Of a stretch of DNA of 64,000 nt, positions 7,916-18,100 are shown one piece after another; the first letter of the stretch is position 1, and every line of letters begins with the position of its first letter. A model generated the notes under the pieces. That model did not search any database and was not told the DNA's origin. It saw nothing but the letters and a program-made list of their open reading frames with translations. The translations under genes were made by a program, and so were the position numbers. The stretch comes from Candidatus Daviesbacteria bacterium (lineage in GTDB: Bacteria > Patescibacteriota > Microgenomatia > Daviesbacterales > UBA10151). The stretch covers positions 25,073 to 89,072 of the forward strand of contig JAKFWZ010000078.1 in the NCBI GenBank assembly GCA_021731695.1, written 5' to 3'.

Positions 7916-9055
7916 TCCTTTCCTTCCAAGTTTAACATGCGAACTTGCCAGGGTGCCTTCTGAAAGTGAAGCAAGTAGTGAGAGTTCGCCGGCTAAAACT
8001 GAAGCGGCTATAACTTCAGAAAATTCTAGCACATCTTGAGCACCAATTATATTTAGAGCCTCTTTTTGCGAAGGCAGATTGGTTCCTCCGCCGACGGTCC
8101 CAACCATTAAGGAGGGGAGATAGACAGAGAAATATAAATCACCTTTTTCTGTAACTTCTGCACTGGTTACTCCTAAACTTCCTTCAACAATTTGTCCCAG
8201 GTCCTGTCCCGTTGCAGCAAAAATTGCAGCAATTATATTTGCAAAATGTGCATTAAATCCAATAGATCCGGCCATTGCCGAACCCGTTAGAACTTTTCTA
8301 TAAACTAAGTCAGCTATTTTTTCAGGTGTGGTTTTTAAAATCTCGCGAACGACAGATTTTTTAAGTGTGCAATCTGCCCAAACCATTTTTCCCCGACCTT
8401 CTATAAAATTCAGCCAAGCCGGTTTTTTATCAATATCATAATTTCCTGAAATAGAAATGCAACTTGATCCGGTATTTTTTTCAATAAACGGGATAACATC
8501 AGTAACAGCGATAGTTGCCATATTCATTCCCATTGCGTCTTTTGAATCAAAAGAAAATCTCACAAATAAATTTTTCCCTGCAAGGCTGGAAGTGATTGTA
8601 TTAAGTTTTAAATGAGAAGAGGTGCTTTCGCAAATCTTGGCAATTTTTCCGAAATTTCTCCCCAACCATTTTTTTATTTCAAAAGAGTGAGTGATGCCAC
8701 GGGTTTTAAAAACCGGACTTCTGGTTACACCAACATTTTGGATTTCGACAGAAGCTCCTCCTGAAAGAGCTACGGCTTTGCAGCCTCTTGAAACGGAAGC
8801 AACTAAAGCGCCTTCTGTTGTGGCGAGGGGAATGTAATATTTGCGCGTGGCTTGTGGCGCGTGGCGAATGGAAATTGGACCTGCAATTCCCAGAGGAATC
8901 TGAACAGAACCGATTAAGTTTTCAATATTTTTACCATTTACAGATTCCTCTGAAAAGTTAAAACCGGAAATTGCATTAAGATTTATTTTAAGCTCTGATT
9001 CTAAAAAATCTTTCCTACTCGCAGCTGTTTTAAAATCGCGAAGACTTTTGCTCAT
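7910..9055 (-). CDS. mvaA: HMG-CoA reductase
   Basis: Motifs ENLIGSVQIPLGIAGP, DAMGMNM and GTVGGGT. Confidence 0.85.
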   Translation of the reverse strand: MSKSLRDFKTAASRKDFLESELKINLNAISGFNFSEESVNGKNIENLIGSVQIPLGIAGPISIRHAPQATRKYYIPLATTEGALVASVSRGCKAVALSGGASVEIQNVGVTRSPVFKTRGITHSFEIKKWLGRNFGKIAKICESTSSHLKLNTITSSLAGKNLFVRFSFDSKDAMGMNMATIAVTDVIPFIEKNTGSSCISISGNYDIDKKPAWLNFIEGRGKMVWADCTLKKSVVREILKTTPEKIADLVYRKVLTGSAMAGSIGFNAHFANIIAAIFAATGQDLGQIVEGSLGVTSAEVTEKGDLYFSVYLPSLMVGTVGGGTNLPSQKEALNIIGAQDVLEFSEVIAASVLAGELSLLASLSEGTLASSHVKLGRKGR

Positions 9056-9081
9056 AAGCGAGATGTCATTCTAACAAATCT

Positions 9082-10218
9082 GTGCGCAAATGGGAAATTT
9101 GTGTTACAGTATCGGGCATGGATTTTACAGAGTTCTTAAAACTAAATTCAAAAAAAATTGATGAAGAAGTTGCAGAAATATTGCAGAATGAATTGGTATT
9201 CACTAAGAGATTAACCCCTCAGCTTAATGAATTTAAAAAAGCATCAATAGGCGGAAAAAGAGTTAGAGGAGCACTGGTATTGCTGGGGTATAGAATTGCC
9301 GGTGGAAAAAATTCTAAAGAAATTCTAAAAGCCTCAGCAGCTTTTGAAATCTTTCAAACTTCAATTCTTGCACAAGATGATGTAATCGATAAATCTTTAA
9401 CCAGAAGAGGGAAAAAATCCTTAGCAGCTTCTTTGGGAAATGATCATAAAGCTTTAGCTGATACGATTTGTCTAACAGATCTGGGATTTTTTATATCATA
9501 TAAAACTCTGGCTCTGCTTAAAATTGAGGAAAAATATAAGAATCAGGCGATAGTGCACTTTTCTGAAATGTCTGTGAGTACTGGTTTAGGTGAAATGCTT
9601 GATGTGGAGATTTCAATGAATAATGACATTAGTGAAGGCGAAATTTTAGAAGTGGCAAAGCTCAAAACTGCAATTTATACAATTTCCGGCCCCTTAGTGT
9701 TAGGGGCAATTCTTGCCGGAGCTAAAGATAAGCTAATTGAAGAACTTGAAAATTTTGGAGAGAATTTAGGAGTTGCATTTCAAATTCAGGACGACATATT
9801 AGGAGTTTTTGGAACTGAAAAAAAAACAGGAAAATCAGATACCTCAGACATAGAAGAAGGGAAGAAAACACTACTCTTAAGTCATGCGCTAGAGAATGCA
9901 AAAGTTGAGTCTAAGAGGACTCTGGTAAAAATCTACGGCAGTAGTAATATTGATAAGTTGGATTTAGAACAGGTTAAAAAGATTTTTACTGAAACAGGAA
10001 GTCTTGATTACGCAAAAGCCAGAGCTGAGGATTATTTTAGCAAGGCAGAAAGCACATTGAAAAATCCGCAACTTGATGTTTTAAGAGATCTGATTGATTT
10101 TATTGCCAAGCGGGAAAGTAGTGGGCTTCAGCTGGCGAATAAACAGAAATCATCCCGCGCCGCAAGAGGAGCCGCGGACTTAATTCCGCGGAGACTCATT
10201 AAAAAAAGGAAAAAATGA
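9082..10218 (+). CDS. trans-Polyprenyl diphosphate synthase (FPP/GGPP synthase family)
   Basis: Two Asp-rich motifs (LAQDDVIDKS and FQIQDDILG). The real start may be Met13 at 9118. Confidence 0.8.
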   Translation: MRKWEICVTVSGMDFTEFLKLNSKKIDEEVAEILQNELVFTKRLTPQLNEFKKASIGGKRVRGALVLLGYRIAGGKNSKEILKASAAFEIFQTSILAQDDVIDKSLTRRGKKSLAASLGNDHKALADTICLTDLGFFISYKTLALLKIEEKYKNQAIVHFSEMSVSTGLGEMLDVEISMNNDISEGEILEVAKLKTAIYTISGPLVLGAILAGAKDKLIEELENFGENLGVAFQIQDDILGVFGTEKKTGKSDTSDIEEGKKTLLLSHALENAKVESKRTLVKIYGSSNIDKLDLEQVKKIFTETGSLDYAKARAEDYFSKAESTLKNPQLDVLRDLIDFIAKRESSGLQLANKQKSSRAARGAADLIPRRLIKKRKK

Positions 10219-10304
10219 CTGAAAATTATATTCCAAAACACATAGCAATAATTATGGATGGAAATGAGTCTTTTTCGAAGCCTCTTTCCTGGCGAATTCT
10301 ATGA
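10215..10304 (+). CDS. 29-codon upstream ORF mimicking the UppS N-terminus, ATGA-coupled on both sides
   Basis: Encodes MTENYIPKHIAIIMDGNESFSKPLSWRIL. Its ATG overlaps the TGA of the prenyl synthase and its TGA overlaps the uppS ATG. It is a degenerate copy of uppS codons 10-25. Confidence 0.3.
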   Translation: MTENYIPKHIAIIMDGNESFSKPLSWRIL

Positions 10305-11047
10305 GTATTAATAAACAACCAAGCGAAGAATTTGTTCCTAGACATATTGCCATCATAATGGACGGAAATAGGCGCTGGGCGCGGGTTAGGGGACTTGAGG
10401 ATATCGAGGGACACGAGAAAGGTTCAGAAACTTTGGAAAAAATTGTAGAAGCCGCAGCCAAAGCGGGTGTTAAAACACTTACGGTTTATGCACTCTCAAC
10501 AGAAAATATAAAGGAGCGAGCTAAAAGGGAGATGGGGGGATTATTTAATTTAATGAAATCTTCTTACAACAAAAAAATAAAGAAGATGATGAAAAACGGG
10601 GTGCGGGTAGAAATCTTAGGAGAATTAAATGGTTTGCCTTCTATAATAAAAAATGTAATTAATGAAATCAGAAAAACATATATAGATAACGAAGCGATTA
10701 AATTAAACATTGCCCTAAATTATGGAGGCAAGAAAGAGCTAGTTGAGGCAGTTAAGGACTTAATAAAAGAAGGAATTGATTTAAATGAGCAAAGCTCGAA
10801 ACTTAAAGAATATGTTTCTAAATTAAGCGAATCTGATATCAGTAAAAAACTTTATACTAAAGGAGATACTGATCCCGAACTTGTCATCAGAACCGGCGGA
10901 AGGATTAGACTTTCAAATTTCTTACTCTGGCAGACTGCATACTCAGAGCTTTATTTTACAAAAACTCTTTGGCCGGATTTTGATGAAAAAGAATTTAAAA
11001 AAGCACTTAGCTGGTACAAAAGACAAAAAAGAAATTTTGGGAAGTAA
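10301..11047 (+). CDS. uppS: Undecaprenyl-diphosphate synthase (cis-prenyltransferase)
   Basis: Motifs PRHIAIIMDGNRRWA and RTGGRIRLSNFLLWQTAYSELYF. Confidence 0.9.
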   Translation: MSINKQPSEEFVPRHIAIIMDGNRRWARVRGLEDIEGHEKGSETLEKIVEAAAKAGVKTLTVYALSTENIKERAKREMGGLFNLMKSSYNKKIKKMMKNGVRVEILGELNGLPSIIKNVINEIRKTYIDNEAIKLNIALNYGGKKELVEAVKDLIKEGIDLNEQSSKLKEYVSKLSESDISKKLYTKGDTDPELVIRTGGRIRLSNFLLWQTAYSELYFTKTLWPDFDEKEFKKALSWYKRQKRNFGK

Positions 11048-11088
11048 AATCCATTGACATAGTGTACGCTTGTCAATATTATTAACTC

Positions 11089-11373
11089 ATGAACACTGTA
11101 AAAGTATCCGCCACCAAAGCTAGGAATAATTTCTTCGAACTTTTAAATCAGGTCGTACTTGGTGCCCGCATAATCATTGTGAAAGATAGAAAGGAGATTG
11201 CAGTCCTATCTCCTAAAAAAAACAAAACTGACTGGAAAGCGCTTCGCCTGGCGACCAAAAAATCACACGGAGCTTTAAAAGACTACGATCCAGAAGATAA
11301 CCCGCTTAGGAAAACAGGAGCGGCTGACTTCTTGGGTAAATGGGACACCAAAGATTACAAAATAGGAGGTTAG
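11089..11373 (+). CDS. Phd/YefM-family antitoxin
   Basis: N-terminus TKARNNFFELLNQVVLGARIIIV. Overlaps the downstream PIN gene. Confidence 0.6.
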   Translation: MNTVKVSATKARNNFFELLNQVVLGARIIIVKDRKEIAVLSPKKNKTDWKALRLATKKSHGALKDYDPEDNPLRKTGAADFLGKWDTKDYKIGG

Positions 11374-11762
11374 TTTCACTGAAATTAGTACTGGACACTA
11401 GTATATTGATTGACCATCTAAGAGGTGGTGATAAGTGGAAACGCATTCTAAGCGAGCTCGAAGAAGATACCGAAATCTATATATCTTCCATAGTGCTCTT
11501 TGAATTATATTCAGGAAAAAGTAGTCAGAATCCACAAATTTCCAGCAAAATCCAACAACTGGTCAAAAATTTTCAAAAAATAGAAATTGATGCCTATTTG
11601 GCGCAAAAAGCTGGAGAGCTTTATCGGGATATGAAACAGACTATTCAAATCCCAGATTATATAATAGCTGCCAGTGCATTGGAAATTGGTGCTCAAGTTG
11701 CAACTTTAAACAACAAAGACTTTGAACAGATCCCCGGTCTTAAACTATATTCAGTAACATAA
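11340..11762 (+). CDS. vapC: PIN-domain toxin (VapC-like)
   Basis: Motif LVLDTSILIDHLRGGD and later acidic residues. The start is uncertain: the ATG at 11340 overlaps the antitoxin, and the alternative lies near an AGGAGG at 11365. Confidence 0.65.
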   Translation: MGHQRLQNRRLVSLKLVLDTSILIDHLRGGDKWKRILSELEEDTEIYISSIVLFELYSGKSSQNPQISSKIQQLVKNFQKIEIDAYLAQKAGELYRDMKQTIQIPDYIIAASALEIGAQVATLNNKDFEQIPGLKLYSVT

Positions 11763-11767
11763 AATCC

Positions 11768-11822
11768 TCTGGCTGGATTTTGATGAAAAGGAATTCAAAA
11801 AAGCCCTAAGTTGGTATGAGCC
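11768..11822 (+). repeat. Direct repeat of the uppS 3' end (orphan fragment), about 85% identical to 10968-11025
   Basis: ctctggctggattttgatgaaaaggaattcaaaaaagccctaagttggtatgag matches the uppS C-terminal codons LWPDFDEKEFKKALSWY. Confidence 0.75.
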
Positions 11823-11829
11823 TCTGGGG

Positions 11830-11935
11830 ACTCCTCTTCGCTTCGCCCGTAGTTTCTCTTCCTGCCCGCCTTCGGCGGGATTCGCCTACCGGCGAAGCAA
11901 ACTTCATCCAGGACGCACATCCGTGGTTTTCGTTT
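11830..11935 (+). ncRNA. GC-rich structured element B, a candidate sRNA or terminator homologous to element A
   Basis: Outer stem gcttcgcc/ggcgaagc encloses a cccgcc-TTCG-ggcggg tetraloop hairpin. Then comes CTTCATCC and a weak hairpin plus CGTGGTTTT. Confidence 0.3.
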
Positions 11936-11995
11936 GAAGGAATAAAAAACAAAAAAGATGGAAATGAGGAACTATAAAAAGAGGTAAAGTTAGGT

Positions 11996-12535
11996 CTAAG
12001 GCTGCTTTGCTGATTTTGAGGATTCGCTTGCTCCCATTTCAGCGGGTCTGAACAAAGCTGCTGACCCGGAGGCGGTTGGGATAGGAGGCGGGGCCTTGTA
12101 TGGGACATTGTATATAATTGAAGATATCGTAAACTTATCCTCAACCATATCTAGGTTTACTGTAAGTTGTGTATTTAAATCAATTGACTCTGGGTCAACG
12201 TCTGGGATTTGTTGGTTATCTGAAGTAGTTTTATTTATATAAAATGTTTTGCCTGTTTCAAATGCTCCTTCAGTGCCGTTTTGGTTTTTGACAGTAATCC
12301 ATTTTCCGTCAACTTTTACAACTTTTCCTTCAATCGCGGCCGATTGTCTGGAAAAAACAGGTTTAGCTTTTAGGTTTTCCGGAGTCAATTTATTAGAACC
12401 TAAATTCATCCCCAAAATAAGACCAAAAATAATTCCTACAATTAACCCAAGTAAAATTTTCGCAATTTGAAAGCTTTTGCTCGATGGAATTTTTTGATTT
12501 ATATTAGGTTGGACATAAGGGCTTTCCGAATTCAT
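11996..12535 (-). CDS. Hypothetical N-terminally anchored protein
   Basis: One TM helix (ILLGLIVGIIFGLILG) followed by a soluble domain. Confidence 0.4.
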   Translation of the reverse strand: MNSESPYVQPNINQKIPSSKSFQIAKILLGLIVGIIFGLILGMNLGSNKLTPENLKAKPVFSRQSAAIEGKVVKVDGKWITVKNQNGTEGAFETGKTFYINKTTSDNQQIPDVDPESIDLNTQLTVNLDMVEDKFTISSIIYNVPYKAPPPIPTASGSAALFRPAEMGASESSKSAKQP

Positions 12536-14019
12536 ATTTTTTTCTCAAGCGCCTCGATCCGAGCTTTTAGCCTGTCGTTTTCAAGTTTAAGCTCTTGGAT
12601 TGCCTTTGTCGTGTATGGAATTACATCTCTATAATCCATAGAATAATATCCGCTGCCCTCCATATGTACACTTCCTGGCAGGATTGGCAAAGCATCCTGG
12701 GCAATAAATCCGCTGGCATTCTTTCTGCCGTCCAGATAATCAAATGTAGCGGGTTTTAGTTGGGCAACTATTTCAAGGCCGCTATTGTCACCTTCCAGAT
12801 AGCGGATATTTTCTTTTAACCTTTTGTCTGAGCCGCAATTCCCCATACTGCCTGAATTTGTGAAACATTGAGGATTGGAACCTGGTGCGTTCATAGCCGG
12901 ATCTTTGAAATCTCCAGTACCTCCAGCTAATATAATACTTCCGACTACAGAGAGTTTTTCAGAGGGATTTGTATCTCCAATCCCTACATTACCCAGTACA
13001 TCATTTAATACAATATTCCTCCAGGCAACACCAGGTTCGTGGTATCTAATGGCAAAATAGGGGGGCACAGGCGACGACGGGGTCACTGCAAACATCTCCA
13101 GCCCTTTTGTATTATTAATAGCAGGGGTTCCTAAAAAGATATTCCCTATTCCGGCACCCGGGTTGATCCTGGCGCTGCCGCAGACCATAAACGTAGCCCC
13201 GCCTCCCAGAGCTCCTCCACACCCCGCTCCTGATGGAGATCCGGAGTCGAATCCGTGCTGCATATACACAGGTTTATTGAATGCACGTACCCAACTAGAA
13301 TCCGTCATCCACCAGCCACCTGCATAAGTTTCGTTATACCAGCCAGCAGCCCCATAACTTCTATGCCAGCCTCCTCCCTGATCGATCACAGTTCCCGCAC
13401 TCATTGTTAAAGCTCCCTGAATAAGTGCATTTCCATTTACATCCAATGGCTGACTGGGGTTTATAGTTCCTATACCGACCCTTTTAGTAGTTGGATCAAC
13501 ATATAAAGTTTCTCCGGCCCTGATTTTTCCGATATTCGTACCCGGATCACCAGGAAAGTTTAAGTAGAGTTCTCCTTGGGCATTAATTACAAGATGAGTA
13601 TTCGTTCCTCTAATATAGTTAGTAGTAGTTGAAAATCCGTTATCAGTGCGTATTTGTAAGAGATTTTGGAGACCAGTCAAGTTAAGTTGTTCAACTGATA
13701 GGGTTTTGAGGACTGAGTTGGCACTGGGATCAAGATTATATGCAGCATTATTTAAATCTATCAGACTGCGGATTCCGGCTGCTCCGCCTGGGGTCAGTTG
13801 AAGGCTCTGCCCACTGGTTGCACCATTCCCCTGAAGGTAAAAATTTAAATTGGGAGGACTCGCAGTATCTCTGCTGGTTACCCAGTCTTGATTGTTGGTC
13901 TGAGCGAAACTCACGCTGCTTAAGCTCAAGACCGCTGCAAATCCCAGAAACAAAATTGAAAAAAAAGCATACATGATTTTAAATGGAAATTTTATATCTA
14001 TAGTTTCGAATTTATACAT
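12532..14019 (-). CDS. Tailspike/fibre-like surface protein with C-terminal S74 intramolecular-chaperone (auto-cleaving) domain
   Basis: Signal/anchor at the N-terminus and a Gly/Asn-rich beta-rich body. The C-terminus reads GSDKRLKENIRYLE...GFIAQDALPILP...AIQELKLENDRLKARIEALEKKI. Confidence 0.6.
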   Translation of the reverse strand: MYKFETIDIKFPFKIMYAFFSILFLGFAAVLSLSSVSFAQTNNQDWVTSRDTASPPNLNFYLQGNGATSGQSLQLTPGGAAGIRSLIDLNNAAYNLDPSANSVLKTLSVEQLNLTGLQNLLQIRTDNGFSTTTNYIRGTNTHLVINAQGELYLNFPGDPGTNIGKIRAGETLYVDPTTKRVGIGTINPSQPLDVNGNALIQGALTMSAGTVIDQGGGWHRSYGAAGWYNETYAGGWWMTDSSWVRAFNKPVYMQHGFDSGSPSGAGCGGALGGGATFMVCGSARINPGAGIGNIFLGTPAINNTKGLEMFAVTPSSPVPPYFAIRYHEPGVAWRNIVLNDVLGNVGIGDTNPSEKLSVVGSIILAGGTGDFKDPAMNAPGSNPQCFTNSGSMGNCGSDKRLKENIRYLEGDNSGLEIVAQLKPATFDYLDGRKNASGFIAQDALPILPGSVHMEGSGYYSMDYRDVIPYTTKAIQELKLENDRLKARIEALEKKI

Positions 14020-14120
14020 GTCTTAATCAAAACAGAAAATTAATACTTATGTCAACTAATCTGTTTTTTGGTCGGTTTCATCTGAATATTCCAGAACTCG
14101 ATTTACCCGGTTAAATAACT

Positions 14121-15122
14121 TCAGGTCCTTTGCCATAGGCAACCTGAGATTATTAAATTGCTTATAGTCCAAGATCTGTCAGGAGGAGGATTTAATAGTA
14201 CTTCCGTACAAATAGGAGGGGGGAGAGGTGTGGCTGAAGGATAGGGGGTGCTGGTAACGCCGGGGATAGTATAATGCTGGTCTTCGGTTGTAATAATCAA
14301 ATCCTTTGTAAATATCCCGCCTCTTAAAAGATATAAATACTTGGCCTGTTTATTTACTACTTCGGCAGGCTGGACATTTACCGCAAGGCTTCTAATGAAC
14401 TGGATTGCACTCGCAGAGCCCAGATCGGTTTTGTTTAGGGAAATTAAGCTGCCGTTGATTACGAGTTGCTGGGTTGAAGGAGTATTTACACAGCCTGGGC
14501 CGGTTACATACGAGGAGCAAATATATCCCGTAGTACTAGGCAGAGGTAGTCCATTCCCGGTTGAAATTAATACAGCATTAACCTGAGTAACGTTTGAATA
14601 AATATTTATATTGTCCCGGACTATAAAGACTAAGCCCGAATTCATATCGGCATTGGCATAGGTGATATTCCCTGTGATGTTTAAATCTCCCTGGACAAAA
14701 ATAACCTGAACTCCTGTTCCCGTACCTGTTACATTATTGATAGTTAGGGTGTTGGGTTGTAAATAAACTCCACTTCCTGCAGGAAAGTTTAAGGTTTGTA
14801 CCGGACTTTGGGGAGGCGCTGTAGTTTTTTTCGCCGCCGATCTGTTTAGAGCATAGAACTGGTCTTCAAGATCCTGATAGGTTGGAACTTTGAAATCCCG
14901 GTATTGAGCATTGTTTCCGGTAACGCAGATCTGCCCTGGATTCCCGGTGTTCCCGGTTGAGCCGCCGACTGCTGAAATTAACCCTTCATTTAAATCACTT
15001 AGGAGGCATTGAGCAAAAACCTTGGAATCAGTTTTTGATAACAGATAAACATTATAAAAAGTGGTCACAGCAAGTACAAAAAGCAGGAAAAATTTTAAAA
15101 TATCAAGCCATTGCCGGTTCAT
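14121..15122 (-). CDS. Secreted/anchored Thr/Gly/Asn-rich beta-helix-like protein
   Basis: N-terminal TM helix. Body rich in NITGNITYANADMNSGLVFIV-type repeats. Confidence 0.4.
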   Translation of the reverse strand: MNRQWLDILKFFLLFVLAVTTFYNVYLLSKTDSKVFAQCLLSDLNEGLISAVGGSTGNTGNPGQICVTGNNAQYRDFKVPTYQDLEDQFYALNRSAAKKTTAPPQSPVQTLNFPAGSGVYLQPNTLTINNVTGTGTGVQVIFVQGDLNITGNITYANADMNSGLVFIVRDNINIYSNVTQVNAVLISTGNGLPLPSTTGYICSSYVTGPGCVNTPSTQQLVINGSLISLNKTDLGSASAIQFIRSLAVNVQPAEVVNKQAKYLYLLRGGIFTKDLIITTEDQHYTIPGVTSTPYPSATPLPPPICTEVLLNPPPDRSWTISNLIISGCLWQRT

Positions 15123-15149
15123 TTTTCAGGAAGTATGAGTCGGTACATT

Positions 15150-18100
15150 TTAAGGTATATTAATAAATTCATTGGTGTGGACATCGCCTCCGGTTGTTTT
15201 AAGGAAAGGCTTCTTAAGCTTAATAAAAAAGTTTCTGGTTGTAAATTGAGTCTTTAAAGGGTGTACTGAGGTCAGATTTGTAAGAAGTTGATTAACTTCA
15301 GCGCCGGATAGTGCTTTGTTATACAATCTAAATTCATCAATTCTTCCGTTAAAGTAACCATTAAAACCATTTCCCAAGTAAACCGTTGCTGCATTAGCCT
15401 GAACCGCAACGCCGCCAGTATAAGTACCTACTAAAGCTCCATTAAGATAAAACGACCAGGTGCTTGAATTTGATAAGGTGACTGCTACATGATTCCATGT
15501 ATTCAGGGGAAAGGCAGTGGTTGCCCTGTAATTACCATCAACATAAAACCTCAAGCTATTATTTGCATTTTGCACCAGTATAAATGGACCGCCCGAAGTT
15601 AGAGAATTAGCCCACTGGAAAATCCCCTTCGTGCCTGATTCTGAAGGTGCATTAAACCAGAAAGATACAGTTGTATTGCTCAGTGAAGTCCCGGAAATAT
15701 TAGCAGAAACATAATCATTCGCTCCATCAAAATTCCCGGCATTGGCAAACCTACCTGTTGTGACAGTATTAGCTCCATTAGCAGCAGTGCCATGATTAGC
15801 ATTAGGTCCCGAATCCTTAACCTCACCAGCAGTTCCGTTCCAGCTGCCCTCATTCATACTCCAGTGAACCATCAGGGGATCAGGAGTGGTATTAATTGTA
15901 GAAGTTTTAAGTACATTAATCTCTGATCCCGTAAGTAATTTGTTATATATTCTGACATCATCAAGTCTTCCCCTGAAAAAGCCGTTGTTAAATTGTTTAC
16001 CAATCTGGGCTGTATCCCCGGGAATGTGAGTAATATTTGCAGTTCCGGTATTCTGGACGCTGCTCAAATTCCCGTCAACGTAAAATGACACTGTTCCTGC
16101 GGCTCTATTCCAAACACCGGCCAGGTGGTACCACTGGTTTAAGTTTAAGGAAGTGGTATCCGTATACCATCCCCTTACGCCGCCGTCGTTATAGGCATAG
16201 GCCAATTTTTGGTCTGAGCTTCCGGTGCCTGAACTTAAAATACCCCATTCATAACCGGCATTGCTTATATTGCTGGATCTGGCAAATATTATTCTGACAC
16301 CGGTGTTATAGTGAGCCGTTAAATAAACCCAGGTTGATAAGGTATGATTCTGAACTTGAAGCGAAGGGCCAGTTCCAAGAGAGATAATATCATTGCTCCC
16401 GTCAAAACTGCCCGCCCGGCCAAATTTACCTGCAGATATGGTTGTAACCCCTCCCTGAGCTGTTCCGTGATTATTATTTGCAGTTGAATCGGGAACTTGT
16501 GGAGCGGTTCCAGTCCAATTAGCTTCATCAAGCGCCCAATAACCTGCGAGTCCGGTAGTTATATCAACGGGTGTGCCTGGAATTGTTGAAATAACATCTC
16601 CGATATTATTATTTGTGCATGTTAGTGTGTATAAAGCACTGTTAGCCGGGGGGTTAACGAATTGCTGGGACAGTATTGAACCAGTCAAGGATGGATTTAC
16701 GCTTAGGTTATTCCAGTTGGGGTCTGGACCGGGAGCAGTAGGATTATTTGTAATAGCAGATGTCCCGGTGCAAACATCAGCATGAGATACGTTCCAGGTG
16801 AGATTAACTTTATTACCGGAATCTACATCGGGAAGAAATGAAAGTTCATCCCTGCCATCAACCAAAAGAGAGACGTTGGGTTTATTGCAGTCTTTTATTA
16901 AGGTAGGGGTGGCGGTATTAGACATCCTGGATGCGCCGCTGAAATCGTTGATTGCTTCAACAGAGTATTCAATATTGTGAGTTAAGTCTAAAGGGTCAAG
17001 AGGGAAGGATGGATTGTAAGTATCATCAAAATAATCATAAGTTCCGCCTGCGAACGGGAGAATATTTGAATTTATATCTACGGGGGCAGAGTCCAATCCT
17101 ATTCTCTTTCTGCTGATAACATATCGGGTTGCGTTAGCGGAATTAGAAAGAGTTGTTTTCATTAAAGGCGAAGTTCCTGAGCATGAACCGACAGGGCCCG
17201 AGAGAGTAAAAGGACTTGGAGCCGCGCATTCAATGGTTAGAACGGTTCTAGTTATGGGAGCTGACCAAACGCCACTTACCCGACGCCTTAGGCTATAGGT
17301 GTAGGATTGTCCGCCTGTATTTACGACACTTGGAGTTGTTTGAGTCATGGACAAGTTAGGTCCTGTATAGATTGGACTGGCAATATCACTTCTTGATAAT
17401 TCATATTCTGTAGCTCCCGTTACCGGATCCCATGCCAGTGTAATTTGGCCATTTTCAGTATTGGGTTGGCATCCAGGCGCTGCCACGAAAGCAGTTGAGG
17501 AACTATTGGGGTTAAGTCCAAATCTGACTCTGGTATCTATGTCTAAAGCAAAATATACTCCTTGAGGCGTGGTTCTGTGAAACCCCGTCGCTGCATCGTC
17601 GTGGACCACCAAATAATATCCCCCGGGTACATTGCTGAACCTATATGTTGGCGGTTCACCCGGATTTTGTGGAACTGTTGTTTGCTGTGCGTAAAAAGTA
17701 TATCCGCCGCTAGCTTGTCTCGCCCAAAGGCTTATGCTCTGATTATCTAAAGATACCTCAGTATCCTGATAAAAAGCATCCCCGTTAGGAGGGGGGATAT
17801 CATCTATATAGACCCTGCCGAATACTTCATAGGTAGAGGTTGGATTTGTCGGGGTTATAACCGGATCGTCGACGTATACATATATAGTGTCATTACTTGG
17901 GTCATCATCACTATTTGCAGACCCTCCGGTACCCGACGTTCGTCCATCCTTGTCTCCATTCCCTCCGTAACTATTATCAGCTTCATTAATATCCCCCCCA
18001 TCACCAACATCCTCTTGTACGCCCGAAGGAGAGTCATCTCCTCCATATTGAGCATAAACTTCTTGTACAACGCGTAAATAATCAAATATGGGTATATGAT

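Noticed and set aside
11806-12144. 112-aa minus-strand ORF
   Set aside because: It spans the GC-rich structured element B and overlaps the 3' end of a real gene. It encodes a low-complexity, Arg/Pro-rich translation typical of antisense GC-rich DNA.
16037-17750. Short + strand ORFs inside the LamG giant gene
   Set aside because: They are embedded antisense in a well-supported 1008-aa CDS.
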